A program made the position numbers and the translations under genes. DNA of 63,129 nt, the filler included, from Lenisia limosa (Eukaryota > Protista > Breviatea): assembly GCA_001655205.1 (NCBI GenBank). It is 9 parts of 9 records of this genome, joined end to end, with 100 filler letters (N's around TTAATTAATTAA, not from the genome) between each part and the next. Parts side by side here need not be neighbours in the genome. Positions count along the whole stretch, not along the records: positions 1 to 15,206 come from LPNZ01005902.1; 8 more parts are not named here. One strand, given 5' to 3'. Within the stretch, counting starts at the first letter, position 1. Each line of letters opens with the position of its first letter. The notes under the pieces were generated by a model. It saw nothing but the letters and a program-made list of their open reading frames with translations, had not been told where the DNA came from and searched no databases. Positions 1 through 12,549 of the stretch are shown in pieces.

Positions 1-1301
1 ACGATGATGACCTCCAAACAATACGCGCAGGAAGTGGTCAGTGGTCGGAAGTTAGCTTCTTTCCGAGCCGCTTGCCTCATGGGTTCCGAGGCAGAACAAA
101 ACCTCAGGGTTCGTGAGCGTGTATCAGAACATGATAATATACTAGCATTTTATCATATATACTAATATATTATATCCTATATCACATGAGATATAGTAAG
201 GTTTATCATGTCATGACAATATATAAATGCATGTATACATATCTATATCAGATGTGATATCATATATCATATGTACTATTAATAAATGTGTGATACTCTT
301 GTATTTCTTGTTTTGAATTTTTCTTATTATTCATTGTTGCGATGTACTATTTGAAGACAATAACAATATAGTTACATTCAATTGACAACACCCCTCGAAC
401 GGGGGCGTGCTTGCGATCTTGGAAGGTTTGCAAGACTCAATAGTTTTAAACTGCCTTTTTATAACGTGGAAAGTAATAATGGGGTCCTCTTTGCCCCAGA
501 AAAACAAGGAGAAGTTGATCGGTTTACATTGTGGTTAATGGACTTTGGCAGTTTATCAATAAATCCCTTTAGATCGACATCAGCAGTAAGGAAATGGAGG
601 TTTCAGAAGAGGCAGAAAATGTTGAGTGGACAGAAAATGATTTTGAAGAAGCTGAGAGCAAAGACAAAGAGAAAGTTGAGAAGGATCAAAAAACAAAAGG
701 TGATTTAGAAGGAAAAGAGGAAGGAGGAGAACAGAAGAAGCAGGGAAAGAAGGGTAAGAAGACGATGGGGAAGAAAGGCAAGAGGAATGAAGAAGAGCCA
801 AAAGCAAAGGAGGAGCCAAAAGAAGAGCCAAAAGAGGAGCCAAAAGAAGAGCCAAAAGAAGAGACAGCTGAAGAAGAAAATGAAGATGCCGAGTTTGACA
901 GTGTGGTTGTGAAATCAGTTCTTCTGCCGACTACGAATTTGGTTCTGACACCAACTCTCATTAGCTGCCACGTCATCTCCAACCTGCCCGTCACGGCCAT
1001 GGCCAGCCACCACGACACCGAGCGTTTGGCCACTGTCGACAACGAGGGAAATCTTCGCATGTTTGAGTCTTCTGCCTTGGGCGTTGCCGGTATAGGTAAA
1101 ATCCAACCGCATAAGCTATTCGGAACCGCGGTGGCGTTCTTAGCCGACGGCACGGCTGCCGTCTCTGTCAGTGCCGACGGAACGGTGGGCGGCATGCCTC
1201 CTTATCGTGGCATCCCGGTCTGGTCTAAGATCTTGCTCTTCTTCTTGGTTATTTCGTTTATTGTCGCCTGGTATGTGGTTATTCAGGACCTCTATCTTTA
1301 G
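1..1301 (+). CDS. Sec12/PREB-like WD40 protein with C-terminal transmembrane anchor (5' partial, about 3 exons)
   Basis: Last exon (~571-1301) has two WD40-like blades (LPVTAMASHHDTERLATVDNEGNLRMF; HKLFGTAVAFLADGTAAVSVSADGTV), then a hydrophobic helix (ILLFFLVISFIVAWYVVI) and TAG. Putative upstream exons ~1-109 (FRAACLM) and ~372-428. WD40 plus tail anchor fits Sec12/PREB; family call from memory. Confidence 0.55.
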
Positions 1302-1420
1302 TTTGTTCTTTATTGTAATACATACAATATGAATAGTTTCTCGATTGGGAGAAGTAGGCTGATTACCATTTATTACTGAAAGAGCACACCCACTAACCAA
1401 AAAAAGAGAATAAATTCAAC

Positions 1421-4400
1421 TTAACTCAAAGCAAACATTGCACGATCACCAATAGTCACATCAAAATACACTCCAGGTAAACTGTCAACAGGTGCAATCT
1501 GTTCAAGTGAAGTAAATACGTGTAGAGCAGTTGAATGAGTAGCTTACATTGTGAATGCCCTTTGTTGTGGTACAGACGCCACTCTGAAACGAAGTAGACA
1601 TCGCGGAGACAGAAGGGCAACCTTGAAGATAAATCAAATCTTGAAACTGTACTCACTTCCATAAAAAACAAGTCCCCTGTACGTTCCCGATAATGTATTT
1701 CGGTTTGTACCTCCAGTACAACCTGTATTAATGTAACCAGTTACATCAACCTTAAGAGATAAGCTTGAGAGGCTTCGGGTAGATAAAAGCCAACAGGGGT
1801 GTTTTGAGACGTATAAGACGCTCCTGCCGTTATTGTTTCCAAGGCTGTGCAGAGGTAAACTTTTCCAGATTCTAAACGTTCAAATTTAAACACGGCCAAT
1901 CAGTTCGTAAGAGGTGCCACTTACTTGTAGTAATTGCACAGGCCAATAAATTACAGGCGAAATCGTCAACGTCACCTTGGAGTCCATCAATATCTGCAAC
2001 CTAACAGAAAGTGACTCATTTGTGTTATTGAAACGAACCTTGACGTAACTGGTGGAAACAGAAGGCACGCAGTAGGCAGTACTATAAGTGGTACGATTTC
2101 CAACTGAAAAAATTCGACCATCATCTACTGGATGAGACCTCAAAAGGCAAGAAAACACACAGTAATGAACAGACCAGTGATTGCTAATCCTCCGTTGTGG
2201 TATCCATGAATCTTCCGAATGTTACCGGTCTAAAGAAGGATCAGCAGCGGTTCTTTCTTAATTACCTCGGGGAGGTTTGGATCGAAAGTAGTTTTCATGA
2301 GGGGATTGTCTGAAGCAGCAGGAACGGCTGTAAAGGTATTGTATCCAGCTGTGTGGAATACTCCATCAGCTGTAATGTGAAGACAAATCCATGACAATAT
2401 AACAATAACTATCGGGTAAACCCCCTACTTGTTTTGATAAAAATGACACTGAAGAATTCAACGTCACGACCCCCGACATCAGCCTGAACGATAAGCTTTT
2501 CGCCTCCTGGGGCAAGAGGTACCCGCCATCAATCAATGTACATCCTACCAGTGTTGGCACACTTAAGTCGGATACTCCAGTTTAAAACAGTTGTCCATAT
2601 TGTCCTTGACCCCAGAAATAAACTTTCTTGTTCGCTATAGAAGTAAGTGTAAGAAAAAATACAAGATTTTGAAAGAAATTTGGTATGCAGCAAATAAAAG
2701 GGCGATAGAGTCTTCTGTAGACAAACTTACTCAGAATTCCGAAATAATAGGAGCCACCCTGAATCATGAGTACAACTTTATGTTTGACCATCATAATCGG
2801 CACTGCTTCAAATTCAGCATGTAATTTTAAAAAACTTAGCTTCACGGAGTGTACGTGGTGTAATGCTGGTTTTCTTTGGATCACTTGTGCATTATTTATT
2901 ATGAGTATGAATTATATTTGCATTTCTTTCAAAAAGCAACTTGGTGTGATATCTCTGTCTAAATATATCTCAAGTCCATACAACTTTCCCCAACCTGAAA
3001 ATCTTCAATTAGGGGGGTGATTGATGAATAAGAGAAAGGCGTTGTCTGGATAGCGTTGCTGGACCCTGCAACCTGACCTTTTTCATTGTTGCCCATGCAT
3101 TTGATTGTACCATCTGGTCATTATTACGTTTCAAATAAAACTAATAGGCTCCAAAAATATGTGACACAATCATACCACTAAGCAAAGCACATGTCGCATG
3201 TAAACCGTTGACAGCACGAATAACGTTATTTCCCCAGGTCGCTTCAAGATCCCAACTTGCTCCATCAAGCATACTTGATGATGATGACTGTTACAGTTAG
3301 TTTGAGACAGGGTTTTATTTCTGAATATTAAAAGCAATAAGACCTAAATAAGGTTGTAACCAAAGCCGTCCACACTATCACGCTTATAAGAGATCTTGGA
3401 TTATAGTATAATATTAAAAAGGACTGGAGAGTGAAACTTTAGCAATCAGAATACAGTTTTCCCAGCCCACAGATCCAAGATTATAGTCATTAAAGCTGCC
3501 ACATGAAGTTGGCGATCCACCTGAAGAGTAAAACTGGTGAAAGAGGAAAAGGGTTATAGGGTGATAAAATGTGAAAGTGGTTCAGTCCTTTATTGATTTT
3601 GAAAAAAAATGAAACAAAATTGTAATTAAAATGACCCTTCGGGAAAATGTCGCTGGTTAGTTTCCCATATAAAACCTTATAGAGATGAAAATTCTAAAAA
3701 TGGGTAAAATTGGTCTGAAATGTGAATAACCGAGGTAATATGAGGTCAAAATTGCAATATATAAACAATATGGCTGTTCTTGTCGTGCGTAGCCAATAGT
3801 CATTTAAATTCCTCAAATAATACCCCAATTACCAGAAGCTGTTTTATTTGGAAAACTATGTGGAATTATCCGAAGAATTTTTTTTTTTGCAAAATCAAAA
3901 AAAGGACTGAACCGCCTTCAAGGGCAGGGATAAAGAGTGAAAGGGAAGGGTTGAAGAGTGAAACGGTGAAAGGGCATGGTTGAAGAGTGAAAGGGCAGGG
4001 TTGAAGAGTGAAAGGGTAACTGAAGAGTGAAAGGGTAGGGTTGAAGAGTGAAAGGGCAGGGTTGAATGAAAGGGCAGGGTTGAAGAGTGAAAGGGCCGGG
4101 TTGAAAGGGTGAACACTACTTTCCAAAAAGCTTATCACCAACCGCATTGGTAATTCGTTGTCCACTCTCCATCACCCCCGCAAGAGGCTATCGCAGTACC
4201 TACAGGTACAATAACATGACATCAGGAGATAAAAGACTTCAGTAAAACCTCCAATCAAATAAAAGCCGTGTCAAGGAATATTACGTAACATACCTTTACC
4301 AGGACCAGTAATGCAAGATACCGCCATACTTCGCCATATGAAAAAGGACCAGCTACATGATGAGTAAATACAAAAACCAAAAGTGGAAATTTTTGATAAT

Positions 4401-5860
4401 AAGGAGTGCCATCTAGAGAGAATGTCCCACTTGTACAGTTTGAAGACGTCATTTTGACCCCAAAATCAGCACTGCAAGTAACTACAGTGTTAAACTTCAA
4501 GAATGGAGTAAGGACGTCATATTTAGTGAGGCACGCAAACGTAGTACACGGATTTGTAAGCAAATATTAATGTATACTGGGGAGGCACGCAGAAAGCTGT
4601 GTGCACAGAGTTGTAAGATAAATGATTGGGTGAATTAATATTACACAATAATCCAATAACTCTTTTAAGCGTGGTGGCGTGGACGGCTTCGGCCGATACA
4701 AAATTGCTTTATTTCTCATCACTATAAAATAATACTGAAATAACCATATTATATCATGCTACTGCATGAATACAATATTTGAAGATATGGACAAGCACAC
4801 TGAAATATTTTCCAATTTAGCAACTGTTACGAAAAATGGCATACCCGGGACACATTGTGGAGGATCAACCCAGCCTGTAGAGAACGAACAAGCAACCGTT
4901 GTGCTGGGGATAGAAAGAGAGAAGCCTTCAAGACATTTCCCCTGAATGTAACTGGTCACTTTCATTTGTTAGCCTCTATTCGTACCGAAGTACTGATTTC
5001 AAGTGTTGTGCTGTCAGCGTTGAAGACACGTGAAGTGACAGAAATTGTCACTCCCTCCAGACGCGGCACATCCACCAGGCATGTCATTCCAAGGATGTCA
5101 TTGAAATTCGATTGTGAAATGAGTAAAGACATTTGACTCATATCATACAATGCATGTTTTTTAAAACAACATATTTCTCATTGGCTTCAGAATATCGAGA
5201 GTTTTTTTCCCTCACCACGATTAATCCAGCCTACTTTGTACAAATGCGTCAAATTCTTCCTATACCAATTAGATTGTATTTATGTTACTGCTCATCAATT
5301 TTTGTAACTACAGACGTTTTTCACCCTATTTTTTTGACAATCATAAAAAAATTCCTATTACTGCACAATGCCAATAGAGACAAGCTTACTCTTACGACTG
5401 CATGTCTTGGACTAGTACTGTCGTAAAGATTTATTTGTGAAAGACCATTTGCATTCATCCTAAAAATAGTTAGGTGCGATAAAGACAGGGAGTGGAATAT
5501 GGGATGACTTCCCCAATCTGCATACTCAACTCCCGGCAAAGCTGAAACATAAAACACCAAAAGCAGCCCTCATTAAATCAAATTTTGGTTGACAGGTCAG
5601 AGTTAATATAATAATTAATAGTATAATAGTAGTAACTGTCCAGCAAAGTATAATAATTGATAGTATAATAGTAGTAGTAACTGTACAGCAAGTGGACGGA
5701 CTGGATGATTGTGGCACTGGGTGCACCTGGGGTGCACTGGGTGGTTGTGGCTAGGGGTGTATAGATATTTATATGGGAGGGATCGGGTCCAAATCTGTAC
5801 ATGAAGTCCACGTCATCGATTTTCCGGGCCTCATGAATAGAATGTTCTTGTGAAGTCGGT
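1421..5860 (-). CDS. Multi-exon, probably extracellular protein with RCC1/BLIP-II-like repeats and Cys-containing sushi-like segments
   Basis: Minus-strand exons read KVYFWGQGQYGQLF, DGTIKCMGNNEK, DGVFHTAGYNTF, DDGRIFSVGN (RCC1-like) and CLEGFSLSIPSTTVACSFSTGWVDPPQC (sushi-like). Last exon ends DRAMFALS-TAA at 1421. 5' end uncertain; could be two genes. Confidence 0.5.
3571..3921. mobile_element. MITE family F, copy 1 (~350 bp)
   Basis: Terminal inverted repeats gtgaaagtggttcagtcctttattgatttt / aaaatcaaaaaaaggactgaaccgccttcaa; internal sequence similar to 49221-49648. Confidence 0.75.
3922..4110. repeat. 21-bp minisatellite (ttgaagagtgaaagggcaggg), about 8-9 imperfect units
   Basis: Directly visible tandem units abutting the right TIR of MITE F. 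Confidence 0.9.
4577..4612 (-). repeat. Repeat module G (aactctgtgcacacagctttctgcgtgcctccccag on minus strand)
   Basis: Near-identical copy at 26459-26494; ends in an acceptor-like cctccccag; both copies adjoin a family C repeat. Confidence 0.75.
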
Positions 5861-6423
5861 CAGTTTACATCGAATTATGTTTCTTTAGGCGAATAAAACA
5901 GAATAACCGATTTCGCCGGTCAAAATAGTATTCTCCATATCTTGACTCATCTTTGCTTCACTCTTCTTATTTACTCCCTAAATCGTTCCTGTTACACTCC
6001 CTGTTTGCATCATTTGGGCTCTTCAACCAGTAATTCATTTTTGGATGAAATTTCTGTAATAAAAATCATCACATTTCCATTCTCTTCGTGTAGATTGACT
6101 TGTTTCTCCTATTTCTCTTCATAACAACAACAATGACCCTTCCACGGTTTTAGAGTTTGAAAATGAAATAATTCTGATTTGATGACGTGGACTACGTGTA
6201 TAATAATTTCTTCATAGAATGGGGACCCGACCCCCCCTAGGTTGTGGTTGACTTTTTGGAGTTCTAGCACACCGGTCACCCTGCATCAAGTCTTGTGTGA
6301 CACCACTACCATGTAGTGGCGGGTGTACCGAGAATTTTGGAGGACAAACATATATATAAAACCCCCCATGGGGATGTTTTGTTGTTTTCCTGTGGGGTTT
6401 CGTCGGTCGGGTATCCCTTTAAT

Positions 6424-9400
6424 ATGGAATCAAATGTGGGCCTTGTGCCAAATTCATGGAGAAATGCAATAGGTTTTCTTCTACTTGGAACCTTAAACAA
6501 TCTTGCTTACGTGGTTGTTGGAAGGTATTCCTCCCCTTCTTCATACTAATTAATTTTATAGTGCGGCTAAGTCACTGGCGCAGGAACTAAATGGACAGAT
6601 TGGGTTTATCACCTTCGCCAATGTTGGCGCAGGGTTATTTGTCCGGTCAGCCAACACATTTCTCTTGAAGCGTGTCCCATACGGAGTCCGGTTGTCGCTT
6701 AATGGATTTGCCATGCTTTGCGGGCTTGTTGGTGTGTCATTTGCAACGCATGTCAATTTCACCTTCTGTGTCTCAGCAGTGGTGCTTGTTGGTCTAGGCA
6801 GCTCTTTTGGTGAAAGGTTGGCGTCTTTGGAAAAGGTTGAGCACATAAATACGTGGTTCAATGAAGCAGCTTTCTGGGTGGAAACACATATTTCTATTGG
6901 GGAGGCTTTTAAAATGGTTTTTTTTACCGATTAATCTCTCGAAAGTGTTACTACTACACTATTAGGAAAGTACTCGTCTCTTTGGGCAATTCTTCCCAAA
7001 TTCATTTTTAACACTTACACCATGTAGTGTTCTCCTCGGATTCCTCCGTATGTACGACCCGGAGTGTGTTGGAATGTGGTCCTCCGGTACGGGCTTTGCT
7101 GGTGTCATTGGCTCCCTTCTCTACTTGGCTATGGTGGCCGTTGATCTCTCCAATACGTGAGCCTGATATGATACTCTTCCGTGCTGACCTAGAAGAGACC
7201 ACTTAATTCCAATTTTTTCGGACAATGGAAAGCTCTTGCTAGTAAAGTGTTTATCATTTAAAATATCATACTTTTCTCTGATATATCATATATTTTTGTT
7301 TATGACATATACTAGAGTCTCTCTTTGTTAATAACTATTTAGGCAAATCTTCCTTCTTTTGATTCCCTCGGTATTGATGTATCTCTTTGTCTACTTTGTC
7401 CTGGTGAAACACCCCTCAAAGGAGCAACTCAGGACAATGAGTGACTGTGGGGGGGGGGGGGTTAGATTCATTGAGTTTTTATTTAGTATATGATATATAC
7501 ATCATAGCGTGATGGTATGGCTGGCTTCGGCCAGATACTACTTTATTTGTTATTTCTCATTGCTATATTATATCATATGGTGTATATTTTGTAGTTGTAC
7601 TTGTTCCTATTAATCCCATAGCTGGCAACACTGACACTGTCGTTGACGAAAACTCGTCTCTAATCCAAAACAATGACCAGATCCCTGCAGGTATGCCTTG
7701 TACTGCCTCTTTTATTGAACGAATTGATTGTTTCTCACCCCCAAGTTGTGGAAGCAACGGATGAGGCGGTGGTTGAATGCGAAAACGCAGTCACAATTGA
7801 AATTGATGTGGGTCGTGTACTTCTCTTCATCAAAAATACAACATCTTGCCTTAATATCACTTTCTCTTGCAATCTAGCATTCCCCTCTTTGGTCTGAACA
7901 TACAGTGGCGGGCAAAAGTATAAAGACAAAGTGTTTTGGCCCTAACTTTTCGCCATTTTGGTCNNNNNNNNNNGTGGTTGCAACAGTCAAAATTACTGAA
8001 AAAAGTGAAAACCCCCAAAACGGTTTATGGGTAATAGTTCGTCTTTTCTATGTTTTTACTTGTAATTGAATGAAAAATGCAATAATACTTAGTAAATAGA
8101 CCGCCATTATCAATTACAGCTTGGCATCTTGGCATTGACGAAAATAAATTTTGAATCATAGACTGGGGAATAGCCTCTCATTCTTCCTTCAGTGCATCAA
8201 ATACTACGTTGACAATGGAAAATTTTCCACGTGCCCTTACTCTTCTGTTCAGAATTTCCCAAACATGCTCAATTGNNNNNNNNNNTATATTTATTAGCAA
8301 CACGACGAAGAGTATAACGCGAGACGGTCTTACCAAGTTTCTGGGATACAACAGCAGCATGGACTGATAGGGCGCTTGGGAGATTCTCGAATCGATCGGA
8401 GGAGATGCAGTTCGTTGGACTTCGTCAAAGCACGTGGCCTTCCAGAACGCTTTTTAATAGTTCCTTTAATCTTCAACTTGCTGACAATTGGCAATAGATC
8501 CTGTTGGAAGATCTTGTGTGATCCAGGTTTTAATCTTGGAGTTAGAGANNNNNNNNNNNNNNNNNNNNNNNNNNNNNNNNNNNNNNNNNNNNNNNNNNNN
8601 NNNNNNNNNNNNNNNNNNNNNNNNNNNNNNNNNNNNNNNNNNNNNNNNNNNNNNNNNNNNNNNNNNNNNNNNNNNNNNNNNNNNNNNNNNNNNNNNNNNN
8701 NNNNNNNNNNNNNNNNNNNNNNNNNNNNNNNNNNNNNNNNNNNNNNNNNNNCTTTTGCCCGCCACTGTACATATATTACATCATAAATAATACAAATGCA
8801 CATAGAGATATTCATTATACTATATTATATATGATATCATATGTATTATTATATAATATTACATATGATATATATATATGATATACTATATTTCAGTTAG
8901 ATGTAATTTAGATCCTTCCTTAATGGTCCAACTTAAGGCAAAAAATGTCCCAAAGGCCTCACATCTGGTTATCTAAGTCCTTGATAATTGTCTACATAAC
9001 TGAGAGTGACCGCATAGGATAATGAGATGAAGTGCATGTCTGAAGAAGAAGTAGCCAAACTCACTGGTTTCGGTCGCGTTCGCCTGGCCTTCAGATTGAC
9101 CCTAAATATGTTCTGTCAGGTGGGGATGGGCTCAAGACTAATTAAATACCTAAATATATAGGCGATTTTGCCATTAGTGGATCTGATGAGAGTGTCTTCA
9201 TCTTTTCGTCTTGTTGAATTCTCACGATTCAGCTCGGACTTGTGTACTTCTTTGAATACGTCATTCAGACGGTGGGAGCCGAACACGTCAATACCAAAGA
9301 AGATGATGAAAGTTCTGATTTCGTAAAAAAGAACTCTTACGTTATTTTGTCGTTTTGCTACCAGGTAAGTGGGAACAGACAATACAAAATCAGAGTAATA

Positions 9401-10197
9401 AAATATTGACTGATTTTTCTCAACTTTTAGATTGGAGTGTTGCTTTCTCGGTCCTCTTTGAAGTTTTTCAAGGTTATTTTCTTTGATGATGCACTCTTCT
9501 TTATCCAAATTAAACAAAACATACAATAAACAAAACAAAAGCGTTTCATCATCGGAAAATTTTTTGGTGATTTTATTACCTAAGGGAATCCTTTTCTTCA
9601 GTTATTCTGCTCTAGGTTAAACGTGTGGAGATCATGACAATTATCCAAGGAATGTTTTTTTTCATTTGGCTCTACAATGCACAGGTAATTTGGTTGACAT
9701 ATATCTACATTGTATTTCGTGTTGTCTTACCGTCACAGATCCATTTCTTCACCCAAGAGTCAGCATTTGCTTGCATGTTCTGTGTCGGGGTATGGAGGAC
9801 AATGGAATAATCCATTCTTTTTCCTTAAGTCTACTGGTCCTTTTTTGTTTTCATCTATCGAAAGCATTTCACCCCCTCCCCCCAGCTTCTTGGTGGATGT
9901 TCATACGTAAACATTTTCCACCGCATATGTGTTGACAAGCGGATCCCTGAGAGTCTCCGAGAGTTGGCCATAAACCTGGTCGCTATCGGCATCACTGTCG
10001 GTATCATGTGTGCTGGCGTGTTTGCCGTCTTAATGGTGGGCGGAGTTGGAGAGGGTCAAGCGAGTGCTCTGTATTTTGTTTTACAAACTTAGTGTCCTGT
10101 TCTATTGATAGCTAAGATTACAACAGCCCAAAAAATAGCCACTCCAAACTCTTCTGTAATAACGTTACAGGATACCACATGGGCGTCGGATGAATAA
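6424..10197 (+). CDS. CLN3: CLN3/Battenin (BTN1) family lysosomal/vacuolar membrane protein, about 11 exons
   Basis: Spliced translation: MESNVGLVPNSWRNAIGFLLLGTLNNLAYVVVGSAAK...MWSSGTGFAG...LVYFFEYVIQ...YQIGVLLSRSS...LLGGCSYVNIFHRI...DTTWASDE-TAA. The NN.AYV, WSSGTG, VYF.EY and YQ.GV..SRSS motifs are characteristic of CLN3. Confidence 0.92.
7903..8767 (-). mobile_element. Tc1/mariner transposon, degenerate or internally deleted, in a CLN3 intron
   Basis: TA-flanked TIRs cagtggcgggcaaaag / cttttgcccgccactg; minus-strand transposase remnants KKRSGRPRALTKSNELHLLRSIRESPKR (HTH region) and IEHVWEILNRRV (motif following the DDE domain). Confidence 0.9.
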
Positions 10198-10388
10198 GTC
10201 CAAGAAGCACTTGGACTGCTTTGATGGACACTTATGGTTTAATTTGAATTTTATAATCTAAATAATACATATTTTCCTTTGATCAACAACCAGCAGTTTT
10301 GCCAAGTTATCTGAGAATTGTGACAATCACGATGAACAATTTCTCAATGCATGCATACCAAAGCACCGGAATGCAGACTAAAACGGCT

Positions 10389-11640
10389 CTAGCGGTAGGG
10401 GCATGGGGTAGTGAGGCAAGGGGGGCAGCCGCTTGGTGGCTCGAAGTAGCCCTGGGCGGGCCTGGTGGAGTTGTATGTTCGGAAATCCCTGGGTGGTGAA
10501 ACGTAGAACACTGTATACTGGGGGTCCAGTATATTCAGCAAGCAATAACAACTTCGCACTGAATAAGGCGAGACTGTCCACCTTACCACTGCTTGATAAG
10601 GCCCTTTTTATGCTCCATAAAGCGGACTGGCCGTCTTTCGTCGTCAGCTGTTTGTCAGAAGTAGACGGAAGAACAAAAAGATACTAAATGTCGACATTTA
10701 TCAGACTGACGAAGTGCATTATCCCACTAGTTGCATAGTAATGGTTGTCAGACTGAGCCATTGCAAGCCACTCGTCAGTCAAACGGCCGTTAACTTTGCT
10801 TTGACCTGATCTATTATGAACTAAAAAGAGGCAGGTGAATGTTATTCATATCCAGCAACCATAGTAGCACACGTATACCAGCCCACCCTGGTACGTGGCG
10901 GCAGTGTTACGCAACCAGTCAGGACGGATCCAGTCATTTTCACGGCAAATGCAGCATCGGCTGTTGTCATCTAAGTTGTGCGGGTGAATATGGTTCTGGT
11001 GAAATATGATTTCATGTCAACCGAAAACATTCAACTTGTTGCCTACCTGGGAACACAAGATACATGTGACCATCATGGGCGTTGATAACGGTGCATCTGG
11101 TAAAAGTCAATTTGCCAGTATTCGGTCCCTTATGCATTCACATTTCAAAGACAATGTCCATGTTGTTAACTGTTAACTTGAAAATATTCTACTAACGAAG
11201 AAAACTAATACCAATAACAGTCCCCACCTCTGTCCCTCAGGCCCTTTCTGCTCAACACACACTTCATCGTGTTGCTCGTAAAGGTGGTCAAATCTGAAAA
11301 ATGAATAAAAGAAAGGAAAAGGAGGATTCCAAGAAAGGGTAAACCCTCAGACCTTGAAATGCCAGCAAGCGCGTCGTAGTAATAATCGAACATCCAGTAA
11401 GGCTGGAGTGGGCTTTCGGCATGTGACGTCATCAGCACGGAAGATGAGAATCCTGAGAAATTGTTTACATTGAAGGGCACCTTCACGTTTATTCTTCCGT
11501 GTGGTCTTTTTCTATGAATACAACCATATATACATGTTATACAACATATAATTTCATTAAAATACCTTGAGAAAATGTCGGATGTTCCAAGATACCAAAA
11601 GTCAAAACCAAAACCAATATAAATATATTGACAGCATCTC
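10389..11640 (-). CDS. Ependymin-related (EPDR/At4g14100-like) secreted or lysosomal protein
   Basis: Exons give YWMFDYYYDALAGISRSE, CTVINAHDGHMYLVFP, DDNSRCCICRENDWIRPDWLRNTAATYQG, NGRLTDEWLAM, DFRTYNSTRPAQGYFEPPSGCPPC-TAG. The CC.C...RPDWL..A.YQG and F.PP..C motifs match EPDR-family proteins as I recall them. Start codon uncertain. Confidence 0.65.
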
Positions 11641-12549
11641 ATATGATTATAATGTTTTGAAAGTTGGAAATTTCCAAAATATTAATAAATCAATTTTAAA
11701 AGGTTGCATTATTCCTTAGATAAACCAAGCAAACCATGGAAGCCCTTTGGTCCGCCCCAGTCGGGTGCCTCTGGAGCAGAGAAAACTGACATGAAAAGCA
11801 GCGACAAAACGACAAAAAATCCGCCCATAGTGTACGGAGAAGTCACGAGGCACTAAAACATGAAAGCAAATGAGTGTTGGAGCTGGAGGCGGCATGCGGA
11901 TCACAGCTATTTCACCGCAGCCAACAGCCGCAAAACCGAAAATCCTAAAAGCCATACCACAAACCTGGAACCACCAGGGGGTCACACAGGTAGACACAAG
12001 GTGGATGTAGTAGTTGGTAGTAGAGTTCGGGTTCACAGGTTTGACAACTTTCGTCGCCGCAAAAAAATGGGGAACCACGGTACCCCTGGGCGCCTGCGCT
12101 TGGCGCAACCGATCTTTCGATCTTGATCTTAAAGTGGGTGGTTTTTGGTGCTTCGTGCATGCATGATGCATGCACCCCCCTCAATCCCCTTTTAAACTTG
12201 CCCCTGCTTACCCTACCTGCCCGTAACAATAAACAGTTACAGTTTTTAACAAACCCTTCATTGACCCTTCACGCAGCGCCTAGTACTCAAATGCCGCCAC
12301 TGCTTTCCACCAACGAGGTTTCCACTCTAGGCGGTTTCCACTCCTTTTGAAAAAACCCTCCAATATTTAAATAATTGTAAATGGGGTACTTTATTTTGGA
12401 ACCTGGAAAATTCCTAAATTTGCTTCCAAGTGCTACTTGCTAACCACTTGCTGCAACTGATGATAAGCTGGGCGGAATCAACAAACCCTCTTCTCTTACT
12501 GCTACCGCTTATTACCCACAACAAATCCGTTTGTACATTGCATTCTATA

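Noticed and set aside
3922-4110. G-rich 21-bp repeat as telomeric sequence
   Set aside because: Unit is long, imperfect, intronic and lacks a TTAGGG or TTTAGGG core.
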